Shown here in pieces: positions 26,171-34,352 of a DNA stretch of 46,337 nucleotides. Source of the DNA: Candidatus Heimdallarchaeota archaeon (GTDB lineage Archaea > Asgardarchaeota > Heimdallarchaeia > Heimdallarchaeales > Heimdallarchaeaceae); assembly GCA_019057375.1 (NCBI GenBank), contig DXJF01000069.1, positions 1 to 46,337 of the forward strand. The letters run 5' to 3'. The position numbers and the translations under genes are program-made. The stretch's first letter is position 1, and each line of letters starts with the position of its first letter. The notes beneath the pieces were generated by a model that was not told the DNA's origin, ran no database searches, and was given only the letters and a program-made list of their open reading frames with translations.

Positions 26171-26217
26171 TTCTCAATCTCTGAGAACATGTTCCCATAT
26201 ACATATATAAATGTTTC
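26171..26217 (-). promoter_or_regulatory. S2 promoter: BRE/TATA GAAACATTTATATAT plus TTCTCA-N5-TGAGAA operator
   Basis: + strand ttctca-atctc-tgagaa (26171-26187) and atatataaatgtttc (26203-26217); same layout as at 30769 and 32028. Confidence 0.75.
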
Positions 26218-26312
26218 TTATGGCGCGAACGTAAGATACTGCATGAAGAATTTATTCTTGCCTCAACGAAAGTTTAATATATACTTCTGCGAAGAGAGTA
26301 TACAGGAGAAAA

Positions 26313-27206
26313 ATGAATATGAGCACACTAGGGGGATATAACGACGTTCCTGAAGATTATGATCATTTATTAAAACAAGTAGAAGTAATAAGGGATCGAG
26401 AGAAAGTGGAGATGTTCTACGATCAAGGTTACTGGCCTATTCTGGCAATTTTAAGAGAGGGGCGTTTAACAGTAAGAGAAATAACTGCTAGATCAAATCA
26501 ACTTATTGAAAAAAAAGAATTACCCAAACTTAAAGAAAAATTAGAAAATTGGGAAATCCCTGAAGATAAAGAAAAATTGGAAAAGATTCTAAATAAAATA
26601 TCTGATTGGGAAACACTTCAGACTAAAGCTAAAGATTATAGTAAAGTTTTGAATGAAGACAAAATTAGTAGTTTAATAAAAAAAGAGAAATTCTCCAAAG
26701 AAGATGTTAAACTTATTAGAGATGTTATGTTGTTGTATAAACTTGACCATCACAAGAAATCTGATAAGACAATTTATAGATATATAAATGAATTAACTCA
26801 ATCAGGTCTATTAATAAAAGCTGGACAGCGAGTAATTACTGGTAAAACTGCTACAGAAACACTGTATGCACGTAGAGCAAAAATTTTCCTTTTGCGTCAA
26901 CAGTCCCATGATACCTGGAAATGTGATGAATGTAAAACTACACTTAAAAAAGTTGGTGCGCTTATAGGGTTATCAAAAAATATGGATTCACCATCAGTAG
27001 AAAGCCTAGCAAAACTTATGTCTAAAATAGATATGTACCATGAAGAAGAACAAATTAGATTGTTTGAGCAAAATGAGAAGGAAGTTCTAGGAATCATTAA
27101 AGACTGTAGTTTTAAGGAAACATCACATATTTTAGATACTTTTAGGATTGTTCATTTGCTAATGAATTTTCAAGAATTTAAAGAAGAGCTGGAAGATTGT
27201 TGCTGA
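26313..27206 (+). CDS. Winged-HTH (ArsR-like) transcriptional regulator, paralog A, with ~80-aa insertion
   Basis: PIL..LRE..LTVREI, KSDKTIYRYI.EL...GL..KAGQRV.TG.TATE.LYAR.A family motif shared with B-E. Confidence 0.8.
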   Translation: MNMSTLGGYNDVPEDYDHLLKQVEVIRDREKVEMFYDQGYWPILAILREGRLTVREITARSNQLIEKKELPKLKEKLENWEIPEDKEKLEKILNKISDWETLQTKAKDYSKVLNEDKISSLIKKEKFSKEDVKLIRDVMLLYKLDHHKKSDKTIYRYINELTQSGLLIKAGQRVITGKTATETLYARRAKIFLLRQQSHDTWKCDECKTTLKKVGALIGLSKNMDSPSVESLAKLMSKIDMYHEEEQIRLFEQNEKEVLGIIKDCSFKETSHILDTFRIVHLLMNFQEFKEELEDCC

Positions 27207-27263
27207 ATCAGCCTAAAATCTCTTCTTAGCATTCTTATTTTTTATCCAGAGGATAGAAAAAAC

Positions 27264-27301
27264 ATGTTTCTCTTTCAAAAAGTTTAAGTGGAGAGAAACA
27301 T
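27264..27301. promoter_or_regulatory. 10-bp inverted repeat bracketing the BRE/TATA of regulator B
   Basis: atgtttctct-[ttcaaaaagtttaagtgg]-agagaaacat. Confidence 0.5.
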
Positions 27302-27336
27302 TATTTAGAAGGTTAGAAATAAATATACTGTCTGAA

Positions 27337-28044
27337 ATGGAGAAAACTAACCAATCTGATTCTGAGTACAGAGATTTTATTGATAAAGAGTTCAAACAAG
27401 ATGGGTTCAAAATCATCAGAGATTCTGAAAAAATAGAGTTCTTCAAAGATAAGAATTATTTTACGGTATTAACTGTTCTGCGAGAAAAACCTATGACAGT
27501 TAAGGAAATAACTGTAAAATACAATCAGAAAATAGAAGAGAAAAGCAAAATATTTAACTGGACTGAAAGGGAGAGAACAGCCAGATTAAGAACAGATAAG
27601 ACTTTATACAGATATATCAAAGATCTTGTTAGGACAGACTTTATTGTTCAAGCAGGTCAAAGAGTTGTACTCGGTAGAACAATTACAGAAGCACTTTTTG
27701 CACGAACCGCAGTATTATTTTTCTTAGACGAAGAACCCATAGAATGGTGGGAGAGTAGGGTGGGAGAAAAAACGATAGAAAAAATTGCTGAACTAATGGA
27801 ATTATACTTAGACATTCCTAAACCTTCAACAGATTGTATAAAAAAGCTGGTTATCAAAATTGTTAAGTTTAATCAAAAAGAATTTTTCAAAGTTTTTGAG
27901 CAAGGCGCAGAAAAAGCATCGAAAGTTGTTTATTCATCAGAAAGGCTAGAGATAAATAGAGCTGTCCAAATTGTTAATATTATTTTAGCAATCATAAAAT
28001 CAGATGAATATGAACAAGAACTAAGAGATTGTCTTGGACTTTGA
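27337..28044 (+). CDS. Winged-HTH regulator, paralog B
   Basis: VL.VLREKPMTVKEI..KYN, RTDKTLYRYIKDL, AGQRV..GRT.TEALFARTA, WWES. Confidence 0.8.
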   Translation: MEKTNQSDSEYRDFIDKEFKQDGFKIIRDSEKIEFFKDKNYFTVLTVLREKPMTVKEITVKYNQKIEEKSKIFNWTERERTARLRTDKTLYRYIKDLVRTDFIVQAGQRVVLGRTITEALFARTAVLFFLDEEPIEWWESRVGEKTIEKIAELMELYLDIPKPSTDCIKKLVIKIVKFNQKEFFKVFEQGAEKASKVVYSSERLEINRAVQIVNIILAIIKSDEYEQELRDCLGL

Positions 28045-28117
28045 TTGTTTTTCCAAAAGGGGACCTGGGACCTTATTACAAGGTAAGTATTTATAGTACT
28101 TTCTTCTAGCAGTTAGT

Positions 28118-28441
28118 ATGACAGAAATAGCATACCACCTACGATGTGATTGTAAGAAATCAGTAAATGCTTATTCCTGTCCAGTTGGGTTGTTAAAACC
28201 AACTACTAAGCACAATTATGACTATTACCATTGTTCTTATTGTGATTTTGACTATATTTGTGATCATTCCATCAAAATAGAATTTGATTATGATGACAAA
28301 GGACTGCCAATGCAAAACACAATAGTATGCTCCAGATGTGGAACACAGCTAGAAGTATACTTATGGCCAAAACAAGGAGAAGAGCTGGGAGAGAGCGATT
28401 ACAAGACAAGATATGTAAGCATTTATAAACGAAACTATTAG
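28118..28441 (+). CDS. Small Cys-rich protein (paralog of 13479..13739)
   Basis: HLRCDC..CP..YYHC..C.FDYIC..VC..C...L....WP. Confidence 0.78.
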   Translation: MTEIAYHLRCDCKKSVNAYSCPVGLLKPTTKHNYDYYHCSYCDFDYICDHSIKIEFDYDDKGLPMQNTIVCSRCGTQLEVYLWPKQGEELGESDYKTRYVSIYKRNY

Positions 28442-28549
28442 CACTCAAGAAACTTTTCTTCAATAATGTAACTGTGATATTTTATATGACATGAAATCTT
28501 TGTTTTGTTAAGATGAAAATTTAAGAATAACAAGTACATACTCATCTCT

Positions 28550-29371
28550 ATGGTAAAGAAATCTCGTCAAAGAATAGAAAAATTCCCAATAACTCGTCAA
28601 ATTCTTTCAACATATAATGAAATTATTGTTCAATTCCCATATATGAGAGGTTTAGTTGAAGTTGATGTCACTGATGCCAAAAATAAAATCAGTTCATATG
28701 CGGATAAAACTGGTAAAAAAATATCCTTTACAGGCTGGGTTATCAAAGCAGTTAGCGAAGCTATCAAAGAGAACAAGATGATTCACGCATATAGAATTAG
28801 CAAAAGAAAAATAGTGATTCCTGATGAAGTTAGATTTGGTATAATGGTAGAGAGAAAATCTGAAAATGGCACTAAAATTCCCTCAATGGAAGTAATTTCA
28901 ACCCCTGAAAGCAGAACAGTAATTGAAATATCAGATGAAATACGAGCTTTACAAGATCTAATTATTGATGAAAAAGAACAACTCATGGGGAATCAAAATA
29001 TCAAGAGAAAACTGCAAAATATTTTATTCGCTATACTACCAGATTTCATTAGTAGAAGAATTATCAAGGGAATAGCAACCAATAAGGAGTTCATTACTAA
29101 ATTCAGTGGAACAGTAGGAGTTACAGCTTTAGGAATGTTTGGAAAAGATGCAAGTGGATATGCTATACATTTCCCAACAAGAACAATCGATTTAGCTCTG
29201 GGAACAGTTTCAGAGAAACCTAGGTATATTGATGGTAAACTAGCAAAACGAGATATTCTGAATGTGACTTTCAATATTGATCATAATATTGTAGATGGTG
29301 GTCCTGCTGCTAGATTCGTTTCTCGAGCAATAGAATTGATGCAATCAGCTTTTGGATTAGAAGATTTATAG
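28550..29371 (+). CDS. 2-oxoacid dehydrogenase acyltransferase (E2) catalytic-domain-only protein
   Basis: EVDVT, SFT.W.IKA...A, GT..VT..G, DH.IVDG..AARF (catalytic His); no lipoyl or E3-binding domain. Confidence 0.85.
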   Translation: MVKKSRQRIEKFPITRQILSTYNEIIVQFPYMRGLVEVDVTDAKNKISSYADKTGKKISFTGWVIKAVSEAIKENKMIHAYRISKRKIVIPDEVRFGIMVERKSENGTKIPSMEVISTPESRTVIEISDEIRALQDLIIDEKEQLMGNQNIKRKLQNILFAILPDFISRRIIKGIATNKEFITKFSGTVGVTALGMFGKDASGYAIHFPTRTIDLALGTVSEKPRYIDGKLAKRDILNVTFNIDHNIVDGGPAARFVSRAIELMQSAFGLEDL

Positions 29372-29375
29372 ACGA

Positions 29376-30026
29376 CTAATTTTCAGGAAAACTCTGCTGT
29401 AATTCCTTATTATAACTCTCAGGATGACGAAAAATCATTACTAAGGATAACAACTTAACAACTCTCATTATTTCTTCAGTCGAGCTGTCTTTGAAGATTT
29501 CATTAATTTTTCGTTTATTTTTATCGAAGAAACTGCTTAATTCTAGAGAGGTTAATGAATAAATTTTCAGAAGTAATTCTTTCAAATCATTATGGGAAGA
29601 ATCATCTTTATTGGTATGAAATGAAATCAACTTCCTTACTATTTCTATTAGCTTTTTACTTTCTTCAGATTCCCAATATTTTCTCTCAATTAAAACCATA
29701 GGAAACATTACAAGTGCAACGTTTGCATAGAGATTTTCCGTTGCGGTAGAGAATCGAGGTGTTCTCCTTCCTGCATTGATTACCAAGCCCACATCTTCAA
29801 GCTTACGAACATAATTATAAATAGATATTTCAGATTTCGGTGGAATATTTGTCTTATTATATGAAGAGGCTATCTCTTTGATAGTAGCAGGACCAGATCT
29901 TAGAATACGTATAATTTTAGACAAATTAGGATCACTATATGCTTTCAGTTGTTTTCTGTTTTGAATAATAAAAAGAGGTTTAGATTGAACAGTTATCAAA
30001 GTCTTAATATTGTCTTTAGTAGCCAA
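29376..30026 (-). CDS. Winged-HTH regulator, paralog C
   Basis: DP....II.ILR.GP.TIKEI...YN, KSE.SIYNYV..L...GLV..AG.R, TATE.LYA, YWESEES. Confidence 0.8.
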   Translation of the reverse strand: MATKDNIKTLITVQSKPLFIIQNRKQLKAYSDPNLSKIIRILRSGPATIKEIASSYNKTNIPPKSEISIYNYVRKLEDVGLVINAGRRTPRFSTATENLYANVALVMFPMVLIERKYWESEESKKLIEIVRKLISFHTNKDDSSHNDLKELLLKIYSLTSLELSSFFDKNKRKINEIFKDSSTEEIMRVVKLLSLVMIFRHPESYNKELQQSFPEN

Positions 30027-30030
30027 TTTA

Positions 30031-30678
30031 TTACCTCTTTATGTTGTCAAGCATCTTTAATTCTTTAAGAGATTCGACATAATTTTGGGGATTAAGTAGT
30101 ATAACTAGAGTTTCAAGCATTCTAGTTAGTTTATCAATTTGTTCAAAATCCAAATCAGAACAGAGTTTATTCACACTATCAGGATCTTTTTCGAAAATTT
30201 CAGCAACAATCACTTCTGATTTTGAATATATGTTCATAAAAAAAGATGATAGATCATCAATTTTAAACGGTTCAGAGTCAGTATACAGACTTAAAAGCTG
30301 TTGGCATTTCTCAAGAACATTCTTACTCTCTTCTGTTTTCCAGAAATCTTCAGATAAAATTACGGGATAATAGAGTATCGCGCGACGACTGTAAAGCACT
30401 TCACTAGCAGTTTTACCAGTAATTACTCGCTGACCAGCTTTCATTACTAGGCCTTGTTTGATAAGTTCTTGTAGATAATTGTAAATACTTGTTTGTTTCC
30501 TAGGTTTGTCTGCAATTTTGTTGTATTCATCAACTAAGTCTTTAATCGGTAGAGGTCTCTCTCTTAAAGCAATAAGGATATGAGTATATTTTGGATCAGT
30601 GACTAAATCAAATTTGAATTGCTCTTTCACAATACAAATTTGTTCAGGTTCATAAGTGATAAAATCCTGATACTCCAT
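30031..30678 (-). CDS. Winged-HTH regulator, paralog D
   Basis: DPKY..IL.ALRE.PL.IKDL..EYN, KQTSIYNYL.EL..QGLV.KAGQRVITGKTASE.LYSRRA, FWKTEES. ATG 30678 preferred from paralog alignment and an upstream TATA. Confidence 0.8.
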   Translation of the reverse strand: MEYQDFITYEPEQICIVKEQFKFDLVTDPKYTHILIALRERPLPIKDLVDEYNKIADKPRKQTSIYNYLQELIKQGLVMKAGQRVITGKTASEVLYSRRAILYYPVILSEDFWKTEESKNVLEKCQQLLSLYTDSEPFKIDDLSSFFMNIYSKSEVIVAEIFEKDPDSVNKLCSDLDFEQIDKLTRMLETLVILLNPQNYVESLKELKMLDNIKR

Positions 30679-30768
30679 TAATTCACATCTAAAACATTTG
30701 ACAATAAAACTTTTTCCTTGGAAATTTAAAAGTTTTGTCTTTTTTTGAATATCAGTCACAAGTTATGC

Positions 30769-30814
30769 GAAACATTTATATATTTTATGATAGATATTCT
30801 CACCAAGTGAGAAT
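30769..30814 (+). promoter_or_regulatory. S3 promoter: BRE/TATA GAAACATTTATATAT plus ATTCTCAC-caa-GTGAGAAT operator
   Basis: 15-mer at 30769-30783 is identical to that of the S2 promoter; perfect 8-3-8 palindrome at 30796-30814. Confidence 0.75.
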
Positions 30815-30914
30815 GACAGTGGAAGCACTAAAATTTTCAGAAGAGACTTAGCAAGACAAGAGACGGACTAATTTATCTCCTTGTCTTTTCTGAAAATTAA
30901 CATCTGGTGATTGA

Positions 30915-31202
30915 ATGACTCAGGAAATCAAGCAAAGAAGTCCAATAAACACAGTAAATGCACTAGTTTCAAAATTAAACAATGCTAAGGATATCTCTGA
31001 GGAAACTTTACTAAGAATATTTGATCAAATGGCTTCTGAATTTACAGTTACGCAACAGGAGTTTAATTTTCTACCAGATTTCAGGATTGAGTACAGTCAA
31101 TTAAAAGAAGAAACGGATGAACAACAAATAAAAACTAGAAAAAAAGTAGAATGTAGAGAAGATACTAAACTTTGTGGAACATATGCCAGTTTAATCGCTT
31201 AA
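30915..31202 (+). CDS. Small protein S3 (95 aa), divergent from regulator D
   Basis: GGTGAT RBS and its own promoter; EETLLRIFDQMASE resembles S1/S2 EE.(V/L)..(L/I).(D/N)Q.AE. Confidence 0.7.
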   Translation: MTQEIKQRSPINTVNALVSKLNNAKDISEETLLRIFDQMASEFTVTQQEFNFLPDFRIEYSQLKEETDEQQIKTRKKVECREDTKLCGTYASLIA

Positions 31203-31228
31203 GTTAAGATGAATAAAAAGTGCAATAT

Positions 31229-31263
31229 GATTTGAAAAAGCTCACCTTTTCAAATCTTTTTTT
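31229..31263. terminator. Hairpin plus U-tract between convergent S3 and regulator E
   Basis: gatttgaaaa-agctcacc-ttttcaaatc (10-bp stem) followed by a T run. Confidence 0.55.
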
Positions 31264-31928
31264 TAACAACCACATTTTTCGAGTTCTTTTGAAAAATCTT
31301 TGCTTTTCATTAGGAGAATTAAAGTACCTAAGATATCAAATATATTGTCAACTTCTTTGAATGTAAAGCCTGAAATTATTTTATAAATTGCATCATTGTT
31401 TTCTTCAAAGAATGCGCCCAGCGTATCTGAGGATGTTTTATAAGTTTTATTCAAAAGATTACCTAGATCTTCAGCAGATATCGTAGAGTTCTCTTGATAG
31501 AGACCCAGTATATCTCTAAGTGCGTTTAGAGTTTTTTTACTATCTTCACTTTTCCAGTAATCTTCTTTATCAGTTAGATTCCAAAATATTTTTGCAGTTC
31601 GACCATACAAAGTTTCAGCGGCAGATTGACCAGTTTTGATTCTTTTTCCAACTTCTTTAACAAGGTCTATTTTATCTAATTCTTTTACATACCTGTAAAT
31701 TGTCATTTCAGATTTTGTTGTTATTTCAGATTTTGGATCTTCTGCAAGTTGATTATACTTCTCAACTAATTCTTTAATTGTTAAAGGTCCCTCACGAAGA
31801 ACAATTATTATAGGTTCCATGTTTTTATCAAATAATTTAGAAGTAATTTCTTTATCTCTTATAAGCTTGACACCTATTTGAGGTCGAGTAATAACGTCTT
31901 GAGTTTCATCAGAGTTCATTTTGTTCAC
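31263..31928 (-). CDS. Winged-HTH regulator, paralog E
   Basis: LIRDKE, PII.VLREGPLTIKEL..KYN, KSEMTIYRYVKEL, VG.R.KTG..A.ETLYGRTA, YWKSEDS. Confidence 0.8.
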   Translation of the reverse strand: MNKMNSDETQDVITRPQIGVKLIRDKEITSKLFDKNMEPIIIVLREGPLTIKELVEKYNQLAEDPKSEITTKSEMTIYRYVKELDKIDLVKEVGKRIKTGQSAAETLYGRTAKIFWNLTDKEDYWKSEDSKKTLNALRDILGLYQENSTISAEDLGNLLNKTYKTSSDTLGAFFEENNDAIYKIISGFTFKEVDNIFDILGTLILLMKSKDFSKELEKCGC

Positions 31929-32027
31929 TTTTTCGTTTCATGATAAGTATGTTTTAATCATTAATAAGTGTTTTTATAAGACATGATGGGTGTCATTTCA
32001 ACAAATGTGGCAAGAATTTCATAGAAC

Positions 32028-32075
32028 GAAACCTTTATTAACACATAATGGTATATTGTTCTTAAGCAATGAGAA
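32028..32075 (+). promoter_or_regulatory. S4 promoter: BRE/TATA GAAACCTTTATTAAC plus TTCTTA-N5-TGAGAA operator
   Basis: gaaacctttattaac (32028-32042); ttctta-agcaa-tgagaa (32059-32075), one mismatch to the motif. Confidence 0.65.
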
Positions 32076-32087
32076 TGGTGAAAGAAA

Positions 32088-32324
32088 ATGGCAACAACAA
32101 CAATCTCAAAAAACTCAAAAATCTCTGATTTCAGGCTCAGAGAAGAAGTATCAGTGTATGACCGTCTTACAAAATTAACCAAAGACGCAAAGAAGGTCTA
32201 TTCCTTAAATGGATCTAATCACAATAACCTTGAGGTTTCAACTGAAGTAGTTGAAGCTCATTTAGCTAGACAAAAAGCAAAAGCTTTCAGAAGCATATAT
32301 CACACTGGTGCATTCCATCACTAG
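32088..32324 (+). CDS. Small protein S4 (78 aa), divergent from regulator E
   Basis: GGTGA RBS, its own promoter and an oligo-T terminator; C-terminal KA...G.FH resembles S1/S2. Confidence 0.72.
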   Translation: MATTTISKNSKISDFRLREEVSVYDRLTKLTKDAKKVYSLNGSNHNNLEVSTEVVEAHLARQKAKAFRSIYHTGAFHH

Positions 32325-32346
32325 TTTTTCTTTTTTTTCTTTTTTT
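32325..32346 (+). terminator. Oligo-U terminator after S4
   Basis: A long T-rich tract broken by single C bases follows the stop codon directly. Confidence 0.55.
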
Positions 32347-32395
32347 CCTCTTTAGAATACAATAATCATTAAATACTTACATTAAGCTATTAATC

Positions 32396-33916
32396 TTGAT
32401 GTCTTCTCCAGATTTTGACACAATTGTAATTGGAGCTGGAGTCTCAGGTCTTTCATGTGCAGCTCATTTAGCTAAAGAAGGTAAGAAGGTAATGGTCTTC
32501 GAACAAGGGAAAAAACCTGGTGGGTATTGTTGTTCATACACCCGTAAGAAACTTGTTTTTGATCCAGGTGCTCATTGGATCTTAGATGGACCGGGGTTTA
32601 ATTCTCTATTAGAGTCTTTGAACACTGAGCCAATAGATTTCATTCGCTTGAATTCTGTTTATAGGATACTTGGTCCAACAAAATATGTTGATATTCACTT
32701 TTCTGAGAAAGAGCTTTTTATTAAATCTATGAGAAAATCTTTCCCTCATGTTAAAGATGCAAATCTAACTAAGCTGATAGATATAGCAGATACCATTAAA
32801 AAAGAAATGGACGAAATGCCGACTGATAGTCTAGAACTGCTTTCACTATTTGGTAAAGTTAAAACTGGCGTTACTATGCTCTTGAAAGCTCGTAATATGA
32901 TGAAATACAGCTCCCTTAAGCTTCAGGTTTTCTTAGATGAATTATTCCCGGGAGACGATTATAAGGACTTAAGAGCCGCTCTCCACATAGCTCCAGGTGA
33001 AGACATAACAGCTATTGCACTTTTAGTTTTTCTAGCTTTTGGGATGGAAAAATCTGCATGGAGTCCAAAAGGTGGTGCTCAAAAGATATCCGATGCTCTT
33101 GCAAAAGCTGTTAAGAAGAATGGGGGAAAAATAGTTTACTCCAAGAAAGTTGTGAAAATTGAAATTGAGGGTAAAAGAATCAAAGGAGTTGTATTAGACG
33201 ATAAATCTAAATTTACAGCTAAATCTGTCGTTGCAGCCATAGATGCGAAACAGCTTTATTATCAACTATTGAGCCCAGAAATAATTCCAAAGAAGTTAAA
33301 GCGCAAAATTGATGAGACACCCTTTGCAGATTCTTGGTTTTCTGTTTCCATTGTAACAGATTTGAATCCTACAAATTACGATTTTGATGGTTCAGATGTT
33401 CTTTTACTGAACACTAATGACATTGTAGAAGCAGGTAAACCGAACAATCCTGAGAAAAACAGTTTTGTAGCAAAGTTTAACACACTTCACGATGATTCCT
33501 TTAAACTTATAGGAGCAAAAGCAGAACATCATGGGATCCATCTCCTCTCTCCAGCTACCTTTGATTATAGCAATTACTGGAAAGCAGGAAAGAAGCTAAA
33601 TCGTGGGGAAAAATACATTAAATTCAAGGAAAAATTTGCTCAAAAGCTTATAAAACGGATGGAAGAAAGAATACCTAATCTTAGCAAACACATTGTTCAA
33701 ATGGATATTAGCACACCCTTAACGTATCATAGATACACTCTCAATCATTATGGCTCAGGATTGGGATGGTCAGATATGCTCCTTTGGAAACAAAAAATCA
33801 GATTCATGAAAGGCCTTTACGCATGTGGCATGTGGAGCTTTCCAGGACCAATGGTTGAACCTTCAATAGAATCTGGAAAAAATGCAGCTGAATTAGTATT
33901 AAAGTATCTCAAATAA
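32396..33916 (+). CDS. Phytoene desaturase / retinol-saturase-like FAD-dependent oxidoreductase
   Basis: VIGAGVSGL..A..LA..G.KV.VFEQ...PGGY, FD.GAH, PKGG...I..AL, TPLT..RYT....GS..G, LY..G....PG. Confidence 0.8.
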   Translation: MMSSPDFDTIVIGAGVSGLSCAAHLAKEGKKVMVFEQGKKPGGYCCSYTRKKLVFDPGAHWILDGPGFNSLLESLNTEPIDFIRLNSVYRILGPTKYVDIHFSEKELFIKSMRKSFPHVKDANLTKLIDIADTIKKEMDEMPTDSLELLSLFGKVKTGVTMLLKARNMMKYSSLKLQVFLDELFPGDDYKDLRAALHIAPGEDITAIALLVFLAFGMEKSAWSPKGGAQKISDALAKAVKKNGGKIVYSKKVVKIEIEGKRIKGVVLDDKSKFTAKSVVAAIDAKQLYYQLLSPEIIPKKLKRKIDETPFADSWFSVSIVTDLNPTNYDFDGSDVLLLNTNDIVEAGKPNNPEKNSFVAKFNTLHDDSFKLIGAKAEHHGIHLLSPATFDYSNYWKAGKKLNRGEKYIKFKEKFAQKLIKRMEERIPNLSKHIVQMDISTPLTYHRYTLNHYGSGLGWSDMLLWKQKIRFMKGLYACGMWSFPGPMVEPSIESGKNAAELVLKYLK

Positions 33917-34052
33917 ACAGGATTTCTGAGTATGTTTCTAAATTACACAAAATAATCCAGTTACTGAACTGGAAAACTTTGCTAATTAAGTAAAAGAGAA
34001 GACTGTTAGTTTATATATTACTAATGTTTAAAATTTACAGGAGAATGATTTT

Positions 34053-34307
34053 ATGAAAACTCAAAAAGTTGGAGAAGTATTCAATTTTTTTGTAAAACAT
34101 TGTGTAGCAGCTATTGATGTACTTGGAGAGATAAACATTGGAAACAAATTATTATTTTCAGGAGCAACTACAGATTTTGAAATGATAGTAAAATCTATGC
34201 AAATTGAAAGCGAAGAAGTGAAAATCGTCAAAAAAGGTCAAAAGGTAGGTATTAAAGTCCCAGAAAGAGTACGTCCTAGCGATGAAGTTTTTAAAATATT
34301 AGAGTAA
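34053..34307 (+). CDS. Small beta-barrel protein (EF-Tu domain II / U32 peptidase C-terminal-like)
   Basis: VG.V..(F/Y)F.K..VA, IG..L.F.G.TTDF...V.SMQIE.......KG..VGIKV.ERVR..D.V.K. Confidence 0.7.
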   Translation: MKTQKVGEVFNFFVKHCVAAIDVLGEINIGNKLLFSGATTDFEMIVKSMQIESEEVKIVKKGQKVGIKVPERVRPSDEVFKILE

Positions 34308-34352
34308 TAAGAGAGATTTTACAAAAAAAAAAGAAAATTTGGTGTTAATTGT

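Noticed and set aside
26280-26302. tatact-N11-agtata inverted repeat downstream of the regulator A TATA box
   Set aside because: Only 6-bp AT-rich arms overlapping the TATA itself, and not repeated at the other regulator promoters.
30796-30814. Fur-box interpretation of the ATTCTCA/TGAGAAT palindrome
   Set aside because: The half-sites are in the opposite order and spacing to the 7-1-7 TGAGAAT-N-ATTCTCA arrangement, and no iron-uptake genes are adjacent.
33956-33973. tccagtt-actg-aactgga hairpin in the intergenic region
   Set aside because: Short, single occurrence with no U-tract directly after it, so it cannot be distinguished from chance.
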